Assembly (NCBI GenBank): GCA_950097015.1
Contig: CATNEN010000025.1
Coordinates: 930,001-994,000 of the forward strand
DNA length: 64,000 nt
Direction of reading: 5' to 3'
From: Macrostomum hystrix
Taxonomy: Eukaryota; Animalia; Platyhelminthes
Position 1 is the first letter of the stretch. Every line of letters starts with the position of its first letter. The translations under genes were made by a program, and so were the position numbers. The notes below the pieces were generated by a model. That model made no database searches and was not told the origin of the DNA. It worked only from the letters and a program-made list of their open reading frames with translations. Shown in pieces: positions 48,451-61,237 of the stretch.

Positions 48451-48889
48451 TCTCGCTCATGTCAATGGCTATTGTATACGTGGCCAACACTTGTAATTTT
48501 ATCCGAATCGGCCGTATAAATGGATAGAAGTGTAAAACATTGTATTGGGTGCCACATTCTCAGGAGCGTGATAATTTATAGCTTTTTTCTTCATCACAAA
48601 TGAAGCCGAGAGAAGTTTCTATTGCACAGCCACTGGTATAGCACCCGGGACATGCGCGTAATGAGGAGGGAAGGAGGGAACAGGTTGTCGAGTGGGAAAT
48701 TTTTGTTGCATTAGAATGGACGTATTTGAATGGATCAGTTGTCCTCAGGAATACCTGGGGTCTCAGCTATCTGCTCGTTTATTCAGAATAGACTACAAAA
48801 TCCGTTGTGCTGTGGCACAAACTTTTGCCATGCACTTTTTAATGACAAGAAATCTAGTTTAAAAGAAGTTACAAAAACACACTTTGGCT

Positions 48890-49565
48890 ATTAAAATTGT
48901 CCGTCTGCTTGGGTCACTGCTGTCAAAATTGTCCGTCTGCTTGTGTCACTGCTGTCAAAATTGTTCGTCTGCTTGTGTCACTGCTGTCAAAATTGTCCGT
49001 CTGCTTGTGTCACTGCTGTTAAAATTGTCCGTCTGCTTGTGTCACTGCTGTCAAAATTGTCCGTCTGCTTGTGTCACTGCTGTTAAAATTGTCCGTCTGC
49101 TTGTGTCTGCTGTCAAAATTGTCCGTCTGCTTGTGTCACTGCTGTCAAAATTGTCCGTCTGCTTGCGTCACTGCTGTCAAAATTGTCCGTCTTCTTGTGT
49201 CACTGCTGTTAAAATTGTCCGTCTGCTTGCGTCACTGCTGTCAAAATTGTCCGTCTGCTTGTGTCACTGCTGTTAAAATTGTCCGTCTGCTTGTGTCACT
49301 GCTGTTAAAATTGTCCGTCTGCTTGTGTCACTGCTGTTAAAATTGTCCGTCTGCTTGTGTCACTGCTGTTAAAATTGTCCGTCTGCTTGTGTCACTGCTG
49401 TCAAAATTGTCCGTCTGCTTGGGTCACTGCTGTCAAAATTGTCCGTCTGCTTGTGTCACTGCTGTTAAAATTGTCCGTCTGCTTGTGTCACTGCTGTTAA
49501 AATTGTCTGTCCGCTTGTGTCACTGCTGTTAAAATTGTCCGTCTGCTTGTGTCACTGCTGTCAAA
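48890..49565. repeat. 32-bp tandem repeat (ctgctgttaaaattgtccgtctgcttgtgtca)
   Basis: Direct reading. Confidence 0.95.
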
Positions 49566-50734
49566 GTTGTTTTTTTCCCGACGCGAATCGTTGAATATAT
49601 TGATGCTGCCGATGTTTGTGATTCTGGAATTTGTTTCATCGGATCGAGTGGAAAATTCTAGTCTATATTCTGGATTTTCATGGTAATTGGTTGAATATTT
49701 TTGGCGAAAATTAGAAATAAGCCGTGGTCTTCCTACTGTTAACTGCCACTCATCCCACACACACTACATGCACCTATGCAATTATTTGCGAAATTGGGGA
49801 CCATAAAAACTAAGGAAAAACTATTCTTAAACAGTGCAAAACAGATTCTCTCGCATCCAGGTAAAAGTTTTCGTGAATTTATCTTGGCTATTCAAATCGA
49901 TAATAGGGCAACAAACTTGGGATTGAGTGAGCAACTACAGACGAGCTGGTTCTCAGTTTGCATGCAGTTCCCAATCTCTGTCTTTCCTTTTCCTGAAGAA
50001 ACCTCGCCTAGAAACTAAACACTTATCAGCCTTACCGCATCCCAAATCCCAGCCCTACCACCGTATCGCTCTCACTTCCACTCTGAGTTTTGGCGAGAAA
50101 AAATCATTTCGGCGTTAACCAAAAGCTATAATGTACGTGTAGACGAAAAAGGTAAAACTTTTACTTAACTAACACTGAGCTCTCTCTCTCGTCCTTGCCG
50201 GAGCCACCTCGCGGTGGGTAAACAATGCGACAACACCGAGAGAGAAGGAAAGCAGAGAGAAGAAATAGAATAGTTGCAGAAGCATCTACCACCCCACGAG
50301 CACCAACTTGGACTTGTCAAGCAGCTTCTACCAATTTTTTAATGCAGTTCATTGGGTCTGACAGAAGGGAAATTGCTAAAATAGTTTCTCACGGTACCGT
50401 TTTACACCTGCAACTCTCATGTCTTCTCATTTTCAAGTTGTATTTCTTTCAAGCAGCGTGTTTTGTCTGCACTTTTGAAGTGCTGTCAAGTATGCTTGTG
50501 CCATTATGTCATTAGGACACGATGTTAATCACCCATTTGTGCTAGACAAAATCCCAATTTAGCTCTTTTCATAAATTTTTTAAAATAGAAAAGAGCAGCC
50601 TTCGATGGCATTGACTTTTGGAAACAATAGCAACAAAAACAATTGGGATTTTAACAAAATACGAGCTACATATAGGATTGTGAGGAATATTAATGGAGTA
50701 GGAATTTGACGATTTCTATACTGTAATAATTGGG

Positions 50735-51360
50735 ATTTCAACGAATTGAGATTTCAACGAATTGAGTCGAAATTGAATTGATTTTAAAGAATTAGAATTT
50801 TAAAGAATTAGGATGTTGAAGGATTGGGATTTAAAAGAATTGGGATTTAAAAGAATTGTGATTTTTAAGAATTGGGATTTTGAATAGTTGGGATTTTTAA
50901 GAATTGGAATTTCTAAGAATTGGGATTTCTAAGAATTGGGATTTCTAAGAATTGGGATTTCTAAGAATTGGGATTTTTAAGAATTGGGATTTCTAAGAAT
51001 TGGGATTTCTAAGAATTGGGATTTCTAAGAATTGGGATTTTAATGAATTGGGATTTCAAAGAATCGGGATTTCCAAGAATCGGAATTTCTAAGAATTGGG
51101 ATTTCTAAGAATTGGGATTTCAAAGACTTGGGATTTCTAAGAATTGGGATTTCAAAGAATCGGGATTTCCAAGAATCGGAATTTCTAAGAATTGGGATTT
51201 CTAAGAATAAGGATTTTGAAGAACTGGGATTTTAATGAATTTGGACTTCGAAGAATTGGGATTTCGAAGAATTGGGATTTCGAAGAATTGGGATTTCGAA
51301 GAATTGGGATTTCGAAGAATTGGGATTTCGAAGAATTGGGATTTCGATGATTTCGAAGAA
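50735..51360. repeat. ~16-bp tandem repeat (gggatttctaagaatt)
   Basis: Direct reading. Confidence 0.9.
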
Positions 51361-52063
51361 TTGGCATTTCGAAAAAATCTTACTTTTTGGTTTGAGATTT
51401 TGAATTGTGACTGCTTACAGAACCAAAAATAAGGATCTTGATTAAACAGGATTCAACAGCGACTTAGTATTACGGCGAAGTAAAATGCTTAACTTTCACA
51501 GCGTCAGGGAGATGCCACGAAGAGAAAGTTGAAGCGATAATAAACTGAAAGCCAGATGGCACGGCCCACCCCGCCAGCAGGAAGTGCCCAGCGGTGCTGA
51601 AAATAAGATGGCCGGGAGTCAGCCAAGTGTATCAGGTTTTTTATTTCCGCAATCCGCCTCATTCAGCTGTAACATTGCAGTGTACCGTATTGTCTAAATT
51701 AGGTAATCTTCGAGAATATTCTAAGTCAAATCCTTCTATAATTTTCTCAGAATTTCTAGAAGTTCTCAAAAGTAAATGTTATATTTCTATTAATCAGCTT
51801 GCAGTTAATTATAAGACTCAGATAATACTTTATCGTCACATATTTCGTACTATAGTTATTTCCGAATATTAACTTTGTTATAATGCAATAAAACATTCTA
51901 GAATATTCCGTTGGACACTATAAATATAAGTAGCCAAGGAGTGCAATCTCCAACCTTCCTCAAGCTCTCGGTCATACGATCGACAAACAACCGAAAAGAA
52001 CCACCGCCTTTGTTCTCTGATTCATTACGAAAACGTTACAACTGGTCCGGTGAGGCGACAAAC

Positions 52064-53077
52064 ATGATAAATCCCAGCGAGGAAACGACTTCACCGTCGG
52101 ACAGCAATCCAACTCCTACACCGGTAGTCAGTCAGCCAAGCGCTACCACAAGCGCCGCGCCTCCGCCCATGAGCCAGCCCAGCAGCATCACCATTGCTCC
52201 TACATCGTTAGGTCAGCCTTACGTCGTCGCAGACTCTATGCCACTGCCAATTTTCCAACCCACGTTAGCAGCTGTAAGCGTTAAGGCACCACCATTCTAC
52301 CGCAATAACCCCGATGCGTGGTTTCAGACTCTCGAGTCACAATTCAAGCTGGCACGCATCACGTCGGAGGATACTCAGTACCATCATCTCGTTGCAAACC
52401 TGCCTGAGGACATCGCCTCTGTGCTCCTGACGGCCGAGACCGTAGCCAACTACGCTGCTCTGAAGACAAGCGTCTGCAATATGATGCAAAAGAGCAAGCA
52501 GGAGAAAATCAACGACCTGCTGGCTACTTCGGACCTCGGCGGAGATAAGCCGTCCATCTTTCTGCAACGACTCACGGCCAAGATGTCGCAATGCGGAATC
52601 CAGCCGTCCGCCTGCCCCGACATGGTCAAGGCAACGCTGCTGCGCTGCCTACCCAACGAATTTCGCATCGCTCTATCCGGCTTTCAGCACCAGTCGCCAG
52701 CAGAACTCGCTTCAATCGCCGACTCGATGTTCGCAGTCCAGAACACATTCGGCAAAGTCAACGCTGCTCTGCCTAGCATGGTCGCGGCCCTCCCCGCGAC
52801 ATCGCACGGCGACTCCAGCCAGGCTCGGAAGCCGAATCGGGGCGGCATGAAGCCCTTTAAACCGGGCCAACGTCCGGTCATATGCCGCGCGCACGTTTTC
52901 TACGGTCTCCAAGCTCGCTCCTGTCGCCGATGGTGCCAATTTCCGAAGACGCCCGGGCACTCCCCGCATGTTCTCTCGAACAACGAGACGACGCCTGCTC
53001 AATCGCGTTCTTCGTCGCCAGTGCGACACAGTCAGGCCCCGGGAAACAGGATGGCGCTGCCCACCACGCCGCAGTGA
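52064..53077 (+). CDS. gag: Gag with Cx2Hx9Cx3C (CHCC) nucleocapsid motif
   Basis: ATG at 52064; [19 protein letters not shown]; [18 protein letters not shown]. Confidence 0.9.
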   Translation: MINPSEETTSPSDSNPTPTPVVSQPSATTSAAPPPMSQPSSITIAPTSLGQPYVVADSMPLPIFQPTLAAVSVKAPPFYRNNPDAWFQTLESQFKLARITSEDTQYHHLVANLPEDIASVLLTAETVANYAALKTSVCNMMQKSKQEKINDLLATSDLGGDKPSIFLQRLTAKMSQCGIQPSACPDMVKATLLRCLPNEFRIALSGFQHQSPAELASIADSMFAVQNTFGKVNAALPSMVAALPATSHGDSSQARKPNRGGMKPFKPGQRPVICRAHVFYGLQARSCRRWCQFPKTPGHSPHVLSNNETTPAQSRSSSPVRHSQAPGNRMALPTTPQ

Positions 53078-56000
53078 GTAGCGTCGAGCCTGGGAGTGCG
53101 GCGAGAAAAAACTTCCTGGTGGTAGACCTCACCTTCAGCAACAAGTGCCTCTCCTTTCTTGTCGACACAGGCGCTGCCGTGTCCATCATTCCGACAAAGT
53201 ACCTCCACCAGGCTCTCCAAGCAACCGGGTACCGATTGACAACCGCCACCGGTGAGTCCATTCCTGTTTCCGGAGAGATTACGCTCACCATTGCCATCCG
53301 AGGTCTTCGCCGATCGTTTAAGTGGACCTTCCTCGTCGCCACCGTCATTCAGCCGATTCTCGGGTACGACTTTCTGTCTCAGTTCGGATTGCTCGTGGAC
53401 TGCAAGGCCCGACAGCTGGTGGATCCAGAAACGAACCTGCACACGCAGACGCTGCCTGTCGCCAGCTTGCAGCTCGACACCTTTGCCATCTCCTTAGCGT
53501 ACCCGGAGCACTGTGACGCGCGAGTCCAGCAGCTCATCGACCGTTTTAAGGACACATTCTCGTACGTCGAAGGCGGCCGCTTGCCCAAAGCCGAGGAGGT
53601 CGGGCACGACACGAAGCACCATATCATCACCTACGAGCACCCGCCAGTTCACGCCAAAGCTCGACAGCTACATCCCGAGAAGTTGGCGATCGCCAAGGAC
53701 GAATTCCAGCAGCTGATCGACGCCGGATACCTTCGGCCTTCCGCCAGCAACTGGGCGTCACCACTACACATGGTCCCCAAGAAGGACAACGGCGTCCCCA
53801 ACGGCAAATGGCGACCCTGTGGCGACTACCGGCAACTCAACAAGCTCACCAAGCCGGACAACTATCCGATTCCGCACATTCAGTGCTTCACAAGAAGTCT
53901 TCACGGCGCGAGGGTCTTCTCGAAACTGGACCTCGTACGAGCGTACCACCAGATTCCGATCGCCGAGGAGGACATCCCGAAGACCGCCATCATTACACCG
54001 TTTGGTCTCTACGAATGGACCCGGATGCCATTCGGCCTGAGGAACGCAGCACAAACATTCCAGCGTTTCATTGACAGCGTTCTGCGCGGACTTCCGTTCG
54101 CGGTCGCCTACATCGACGACCTGCTGGTTGCCTCCCCCAGCGAGGAGGAACACCTGCAGCACATGGAAGCAGCCCTGCAACGTCTGGCCCAGCACGGACT
54201 CAAAGCGCAGCTCAACAAGTGCGCCTTCATGCAGCGCGAGGTGACCTTCCTGGGACATCAGGTATCAGCCGAGGGCATACGGCCTCTCGCATCCAAGGTC
54301 GACACCATCCGCCAGTGGCCGGCTCCCAAGGACCCCCACGCCCTGCGTCGATTCCTCGGCGTCATCGGGTTCTACCGACGCTTTGTCCCGCAGTTCGCCG
54401 AAATCGCAACACCTCTGCAGGATCTCGTCACTACAACACTGCAGTCTCCGAGATCCTACAGATGGGACCCGGCTCATCAACAGGCCTTTGACAAGCTCAA
54501 GGCAACCTTAGCGGAGAGACTTCTGCTGCAGCACCCGGACCCCAAGTGCGACTCATACAGTCTCGTCACTGATGCTTCGTCCAGCAGCGTCGGCGCAGCT
54601 CTGCATCAATCGACCGACGCTACCACGACGCCCATTGGCTTGTTCAGCAAGAAACTGTCGGCAGCACAACAGAAGTACTCAGCTTTCGACAGGGAACTTC
54701 TCGCAGTGTACCTCGCTGTTCTGCACTTCCGGAGCCTGATCGAGGGTCGCAAGGTAACAGTCTTCACGGATCACAAACCCCTCGCCCAGGCGTTCCGCAG
54801 CAGCAACACCGGCACCTCCGACCGGAATCAACGGTACCTGAGCGTCATCGCCGAGTACGTCGTGGATATCACCTATATCCGCGGCTCCGACAACATCATA
54901 GCTGATGCGCTATCCCGGCTTGACGAGGGCACCACCCCGGTCAACAGCGTCCTACCGACAACACCCATCGACATCCCGGCCATCGCCGAGCGTCAGGCAA
55001 AGGAGCAGCTGCAGCCATCCGAGGGCTGCCGACCCTTCCCGGTGAACGGACAGCGGACGATTCTTTGTGAGACCTCCTCGAGCTACCCGCGCCCGGTCAT
55101 ACCGGAGTCGATGCGACGAGCGACGCTGCAACACTTTCATGACATCGGACACTTCGGTTTCCGCAAGACAGCTCGCCTCATCACGTCGCGCTACTTCTGG
55201 CCCAACATGCGCGCGGATATCAAAGACTACTGCCGAGCCTGCCAGACCTGCCAGCGCAACAAGGTCAGCCGCCACACCATATCCGGCACCTCAGCGTTCG
55301 ATCTGCCTTCAAACCGGTTTGAGACCGTCCACATCGACATTGTCGGCCCGTTGCCAGTTCCCGAGCGAAAGCACGACGTCTCATGCGGCCTAACTCCACG
55401 GTACCTGCTCACCATGATAGACCGAGGCACGAGCTGGATCGAAGCAACGCCGATCGAGTCCATCACGGCTCAGAGTGTCGCGTCCGCTTTCCTAGCATCC
55501 TGGATCTCGCGATTCGGCGTACCCCTCTACGTCGTCACCGACCGCGGCGCGCAGTTCGAAGCGGACCTCTTCAACATCCTGGCTACCAGCGTCGGCTTCT
55601 ACCGGCTTCGGACGACAGCGTACCATCCGCAGACCAACGGGAAGATCGAGCGAGCTCACCGGACGCTCAAGCACATCCTGAAGGCTCATGGACAGGAGTG
55701 GCTCGACAACCTGCCCCTCGCACTACTCGCCATGCACATCAACCCGGACGAGGATGGAGTCAGCCCTTTCACGCGTCTCACAGGAGAGCATCCGATGCTG
55801 CCGAGAGTCCTGGAGGACGTCGACCCCAATGATCTACGGCTTCGAATGGACGATATCACCGACGACGGCGCGCGACCTTCGCCTTCGACGGCCAAGCGAT
55901 ACATCCCAGCAGACCTCTGGACGGCGGAAAAGGTCTGGGTGCGAGTGGATCGCGTCCGCAAACCCTTGGAAGCACCCTACCAGGGGCCCTACCCGGTCAT

Positions 56001-56265
56001 ACGTCGGACGGCAAAGTTCTTCATTCTGGAGCTCCACCCAGGTCAGCAGGAGGCAGTGTCAATCGACCGCCTGAAGCCGCTCCGTACCGCCGCTGCCACA
56101 CCTCGTCCAAAGCCACCCGACCAAGCTCAACCGTCCAAGGATCGGGCGCAGAGCGACATCGCATTGCCACCACGGACGACTCCGGTGGCGGCGAGAGCAC
56201 CAAGGACTACCAGGAGTGGCCGGCACGTGCGCTTCAAAAACAACAATGATTACCTATATTTTTAA
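53041..56265 (+). CDS. pol: Pol polyprotein (protease-RT-RNase H-integrase) in the -1 frame relative to gag
   Basis: Protease [10 protein letters not shown]; RT YIDDLL; RNase H TDAS / DHKPL; integrase HHCC (H..GH...CQTC), DDE ([22 protein letters not shown]) and GPY (YQGPYPV). Confidence 0.95.
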   Translation, partial: GKQDGAAHHAAVSSVEPGSAARKNFLVVDLTFSNKCLSFLVDTGAAVSIIPTKYLHQALQATGYRLTTATGESIPVSGEITLTIAIRGLRRSFKWTFLVATVIQPILGYDFLSQFGLLVDCKARQLVDPETNLHTQTLPVASLQLDTFAISLAYPEHCDARVQQLIDRFKDTFSYVEGGRLPKAEEVGHDTKHHIITYEHPPVHAKARQLHPEKLAIAKDEFQQLIDAGYLRPSASNWASPLHMVPKKDNGVPNGKWRPCGDYRQLNKLTKPDNYPIPHIQCFTRSLHGARVFSKLDLVRAYHQIPIAEEDIPKTAIITPFGLYEWTRMPFGLRNAAQTFQRFIDSVLRGLPFAVAYIDDLLVASPSEEEHLQHMEAALQRLAQHGLKAQLNKCAFMQREVTFLGHQVSAEGIRPLASKVDTIRQWPAPKDPHALRRFLGVIGFYRRFVPQFAEIATPLQDLVTTTLQSPRSYRWDPAHQQAFDKLKATLAERLLLQHPDPKCDSYSLVTDASSSSVGAALHQSTDATTTPIGLFSKKLSAAQQKYSAFDRELLAVYLAVLHFRSLIEGRKVTVFTDHKPLAQAFRSSNTGTSDRNQRYLSVIAEYVVDITYIRGSDNIIADALSRLDEGTTPVNSVLPTTPIDIPAIAERQAKEQLQPSEGCRPFPVNGQRTILCETSSSYPRPVIPESMRRATLQHFHDIGHFGFRKTARLITSRYFWPNMRADIKDYCRACQTCQRNKVSRHTISGTSAFDLPSNRFETVHIDIVGPLPVPERKHDVSCGLTPRYLLTMIDRGTSWIEATPIESITAQSVASAFLASWISRFGVPLYVVTDRGAQFEADLFNILATSVGFYRLRTTAYHPQTNGKIERAHRTLKHILKAHGQEWLDNLPLALLAMHINPDEDGVSPFTRLTGEHPMLPRVLEDVDPNDLRLRMDDITDDGARPSPSTAKRYIPADLWTAEKVWVRVDRVRKPLEAPYQGPYPVIRRTAKFFILELHPGQQEAVSIDRLKPLRTAAATPRPKPPDQAQPSKDRAQSDIALPPRTTPVAARAPRTTRSGRHVRFKNNNDYLYF

Positions 56266-57079
56266 TGTCGAATATTTAATTTTTTTCATAACTCTACCCT
56301 ATCATACGGTACGTTAAGCCCCGCCAACGCATTATTTTAGGAGACTCCGTCTCCCGCAGGGGGGACTATTGTAACATTGCAGTGTACCGTATTGTCTAAA
56401 TTAGGTAATCTTCGAGAATATTCTAAGTCAAATCCTTCTATAATTTTCTCAGAATTTCTAGAAGTTCTCAAAAGTAAATGTTATATTTCTATTAATCAGC
56501 TTGCAGTTAATTATAAGACTCAGATAATACTTTATCGTCACATATTTCGTACTATAGTTATTTCCGAATATTAACTTTGTTATAATGCAATAAAACATTC
56601 TAGAATATTCCGTTGGACACTATAAATATAAGTAGCCAAGGAGTGCAATCTCCAACCTTCCTCAAGCTCTCGGTCATACGATCGACAAACAACCGAAAAG
56701 AACCACCGCCTTTGTTCTCTGATTCATTACGAAAACGTTACACAGCTTCCGCTTGAGGAAAGAGAACAGTTGCACTATTTTATACCCTTGAGTCATGCGC
56801 TAGGCTTCAATTGGACAACTTTTAAAAAGGCTATATTTTTTACGCAGCAATTTAGGTTCTATATTTCAATACTATGCTCTTAGTATTGAAAATGCAGAAC
56901 ACGGGATAAAATTTTCCGCTCAATCCGACGAAACAACTTCCAGAATTTCAAAAAATCGGCTTCGCTTCGACATATTATCTGTTCGCAAAATTTCTATATG
57001 TAGCGATCTTGGCTATTATTGTTGATTATTATATTGTGTTTTTTACATTGTTATTGATTAAATTATTGAACCAATATAG

Positions 57080-57430
57080 TGTAGTGACCTTCAAGAAATT
57101 TCTATTCTACGTTTCTAGAAAGTTCTGTGTCTAAACAATTTCTCATTTACTGCATTTCAATATATTTAATAATTAACAAGTATTCGCAGTCTGTGGGTAA
57201 AACTAGCGATAAATAACTAGCAGTATTTTCTTAACAATCATTTTGTTATAATGCATTATATATTTCTAGAACTTTCCGGAAGATCATCTCAACCTTATAA
57301 ATATACAGCAGCTCAGCTGGAATCTCTTCACGAATCTTTTTTCTAGATTCCAATAACATCATTCTGTAAACCCATTAACCAGTTGAACCACCGCCTTGCT
57401 CTCGCCTCATCACAGAAAAACTATACTACA
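57080..57430 (+). mobile_element. 351-bp solo LTR of a related Gypsy family
   Basis: TGTAG...CTACA termini; 4-bp TSD ATAG (57076-57079 and 57431-57434); shares ttttgttataatgca, tataaata and gaaccaccgcctt with the neighbouring element's LTR. Confidence 0.8.
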
Positions 57431-58144
57431 ATAGATTCGCCATAACGGTTTATAGCTCGTACATAGCTATGTTAGTTGTCCTTGTTACCTGGGTCTTCGA
57501 CAAGAATCGTTTATTCTATCGACGATCCAAAGGTTGGACTTTCCTCTATCATTGCATTAATCTTTGATGCAAGTCGCATTTTACATGCGACTTTGCTTTG
57601 AAATTAGAAATCTGGGAATAACTAGTTTTTTAGAATATTGAGGAAGAATTACGAAGTTTTCGAGGTCTCTTGCGAGTCATATTTTGAATGTTTAGAAATT
57701 AAGTAGCTTGTATTTCATTAAGTTGCTACTTACTAGTAGCGAGATGCGAAGCGCTTTTTAGTGAATAAATCTTTGACAAAATTACAACAAGAGCAATCGT
57801 GAGTACCTATTTTCCTATAGACAATGGCCCTATCTGATAAAACCAGGATGTCCGGAAGTTTGTTCGGTTTCATATCTTTTAAAGGCCCCACAAACCTAGC
57901 AACGAAGCCCAATGAAATCGTGCCGTCACCCTTAACGACGCAACCGCCGAATTCTTATTTCGGAAATGGCAATTCTATAATTGACAAAAATAGAACTAAC
58001 AAAGTTATGCTAATTGTTTCACAAAGCCTCCCAAATTCAGTATATAGGCATCGACAACGAAAATGTACTTTTGGCAATTCAAATTTAAGTTTCAAGAAAT
58101 CTACAGTTTCTATTAATACAAATCCTGGGGGTTGTAACCTGAAA

Positions 58145-58300
58145 AGCGACTCCAAGGTCGGGGGTTCGATTCCCGACTCCATTGAGATAATTTGAGTAAT
58201 TTAGCAAGTCGCTTAAAGGGAACCAGGATTAGCTGGGTTAATTGAGACTGGACGTGGCTTCCCCCCTCCCCAGTCCATGGACTGAACAGCCGTACGCAGC
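58145..58300 (+). mobile_element. SINE family A, 5'-truncated copy
   Basis: cgactccaaggtcgggggttcgattcccgactcca...ccccagtccatggactgaaca matches 18365-18530. Confidence 0.65.
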
Positions 58301-58614
58301 TTTGAGATGCGCCGCGCAATAGCTGCGTCTGTGCTGTCGGCTGCACATCTGGCCCGATTGATAAAGAAATTACTCTCAGGATCAATATTTATAGTTATTA
58401 ATATTGTCAATATGTAAATCATTGACAATGGGTTAAGTGGGTTAACAATGTAACCTTTGGATAACCTTGAAATCACATTGAAACCTAACGAGCTTTGTGT
58501 CTGAGTATCATGCCTATTCCTGGAAAATGTACCTTTCCGCTGCTAGAGACAAGTACTGTCATAATCAACATTTACGAACAGTCATTCTTGACACCATGAT
58601 CTCACCACACTCAA

Positions 58615-58750
58615 AAGTCGGCCCTGACTTTCTCTTTGTCAGGCTGTGTACACTCTCACTGTGCCTTGGAGGTTGGGCCTCGAGGGCGTAAATAGTAAAA
58701 CAAGCCCCCAAGCCTTCTCTCCGCGGCTGTGCCCTAAATGAATGTGAAAA
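58615..58750 (-). mobile_element. SINE family B copy (minus strand)
   Basis: gccctgactttctc and caagcccccaagccttctctccgcggc are reverse complements of blocks at 12560-12660. Confidence 0.6.
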
Positions 58751-58765
58751 TTAAAAAAACGAAAA

Positions 58766-58982
58766 TCAACACACAATGTCCCTTCATCTCACTCTAACAA
58801 CACACAATGTCCCTTCCTCTCACTCCATCAACACACAATGTCCCTTCATCTCACTCCATCAACACACAATGTCCCTTCATCTCACTCCATCAACACACAA
58901 TGTCCCTTCATCTCACTCCATCAACACACAATGTCCCTTCCTCTCACTCCATCAACACACAATGTCCCTTCATCTCACTCTA
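58766..58982. repeat. 31-bp tandem repeat, copy 2, flanked by a 53-bp direct repeat
   Basis: Flanks 58713-58765 and 58983-59035 appear identical. Confidence 0.9.
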
Positions 58983-59289
58983 CCTTCTCTCCGCGGCTGT
59001 GCCCTAAATGAATGTGAAAATTAAAAAAACGAAAAAAAAATTTTTCTGCACAGCTTTTTGATGTCGGCAGTTGCTAAGTAACGCGGTTAAGGACAAGGTT
59101 GTTTACTTCGTATCGAACGATGTTTGGGATTAAAAATTTCAAAGCAAAGTCTGTATCGAAGAAAGATATTTCCGATACACTGGGGCATCAAGATGTCCCG
59201 TTGAATATTGTCGCGCATTTGAATCAGTGCTGTTTATTCTCTTCGGAGTACTTAAAAATTTTGCACTAAGCTGATCCAAAACAGCTAAA

Positions 59290-60205
59290 ATGTGCTCGAA
59301 TCTGTTAGACATGTGCCTGACTATGTTAGACATGTGCTCGAATCTGTTAGACATGTGCTCGAATCTGTTAGACATGTGCCTGACTATGTTAGACATGTGC
59401 TCGAATCTGTTAGACATGTGCTCGAATCTGTTAGACATGTGCTCGAATCTGTTAGACATGTGCTCGAATCTGTTGGACATGACGTGCTCGAATCTGTTAG
59501 ACATGTGCCTGACTATGTTAGACATGTGCTCGAATCTGTTAGACATGTGCTCGAATCTGTTAGACATGTGCTCGAATCTGTTGGACATGTGCTCGAATCT
59601 GTTAGACATGTGCTCGAATCTGTTGGACATGTGCTCGAATCTGTTGGACATGTGCTCGAATCTGTTAGACATGTGCTCGAATCTGTTAGACATGTGCCTG
59701 ACTATGTTCGACATGTGCCTGACTATGTTAGACATGTGCTCGAATCTGTTAGACATGTGCTCGAATCTGTTAGACATGTGCCTGACTATGTTAGACATGT
59801 GCTCGAATCTGTTAGACATGTGCTCGAATCTGTTGGACATGTGCTCGAATCAGTTGGACATGTGCTTGAATCTGTTGGACATGTGCCTGACTATGTTAGA
59901 CATGTGCTCGAATCTGTTGAACATGACGTGCTCGAATCTGTTAGACATGTGCCTGACTATGTTAGACATGTGCTCGAATCTGTTGGACATGTGCTCGAAT
60001 CTGTTAGACATGTGCCTGACTATGTTAGACATGTGCTCGAATCTGTTAGACATGTGCTCGAATCTGTTAGACATGTGCCTGACTATGTTAGACATGTGCT
60101 CGAATCTGTTAGACATGTGCTCGAATCTGTTAGACATGTGCTCGAATCTGTTGGACATGTGCTCAAATCTGTTAGACATGTGCTCGAATCTGTAAGACAT
60201 GTGCT
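59290..60205. repeat. 21-bp tandem repeat (gttagacatgtgctcgaatct)
   Basis: Direct reading. Confidence 0.95.
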
Positions 60206-60674
60206 CTGTGAATTCAGGTTAGTTGAAATCACTCAGTCGCTCACAGAAGATTTAAAAAATAGAACAACTAGTTCTCTGACGCACTGATTCATTGCTTGAG
60301 CCTCTTCCTATTTTGGCAGGAAACTGTTTGACTGTGCGTAGGCGCGATCCTTTTATTGTTTGTAAAAGTCATATAATAAATTAGGTCTATAGCTTCCAAA
60401 GGTGACAGCATTTCCTATCAGCTACTACTCTTAACTCACTGGCTGACTAATGCGCTGCGACTAATGTGCGTACAAACACATAGTTTATGTTTAATGGATA
60501 AGATGCTCCTACATATAACGTAATTTAGGGTCCGTCTGTGCTCTGCCTCTCACGACATGATCGTCTGTAGCAACAGACGCGAGTTAGGATATTACAATAA
60601 GTGAGTACTTTAGCAGCGAGAAGCTATTCGGTACAAAGTCCACAGTTTTCCCGTTCCAAGAGATCAGGAGAGTG

Positions 60675-60850
60675 TGGTCCAGGAGATCATGAGACTGTGG
60701 TCCAAGAGATCAGGAGAGTGTGGTCCAGGAGATCATGAGACTGTGGTCCAAGAGATCAGGAGACTGTGGTCCAAGAGATCAGGAGACTGTGGTCCAGGAG
60801 ATCAGGAGAGTGTGGTCCAAGCAATCATGAGACTGTGGTCCAAGAGATCA
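60675..60850. repeat. 23-bp tandem repeat (tgtggtccaggagatcaggagac)
   Basis: Direct reading. Confidence 0.85.
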
Positions 60851-61237
60851 GGAGGCCCCCTAAGTCTTGGAGCCCAAGGGAGATTTTAGCAAAAAATTAA
60901 GGCGTTTTAATGCATTGGACTCAAGTGGACCATTTTATTAAACGTTCAACAGATTATTATTCATTAAACTTGCTTCGATCGAAAACACAATTTAGTTCTT
61001 AAGTAGGATCTAAAGTTTAATTCGTACTTTAAAGTGATCGGACAGAGCAGTTTGAATGTTAGTTGATCTTCAGTACTGTCAAATGACTGTGCCTTCGGAC
61101 TAGTCGACATTGACGATAGACTTCTGCAATGGAATGCGAAGGATGCAGCATTGCTGAATTAGTAGCATTGTGCGAATAGATAAGATTAACTATAGGCATG
61201 CTTACCAATACTGGGATCGAAAGTCACTTCTAAGTCC

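Larger units (their letters stand above)
51668..56742 (+). mobile_element. Full-length Ty3/Gypsy LTR retrotransposon (CHCC Gag, CsRn1-like), 5075 bp
   Basis: LTRs 51668-52040 and 56370-56742 (373 bp each, TGTAAC...GTTACA); TSD CAGC at 51664-51667 and 56743-56746; PBS TGGTCCGGTGAGG at 52043; G-rich PPT just before the 3' LTR; intact gag and pol; no env. Confidence 0.97.

Noticed and set aside
52337-56203. Short antisense and alternative-frame ORFs within the retrotransposon
   Set aside because: Expected shadows of GC-rich gag-pol codon usage; no env-like or accessory features.
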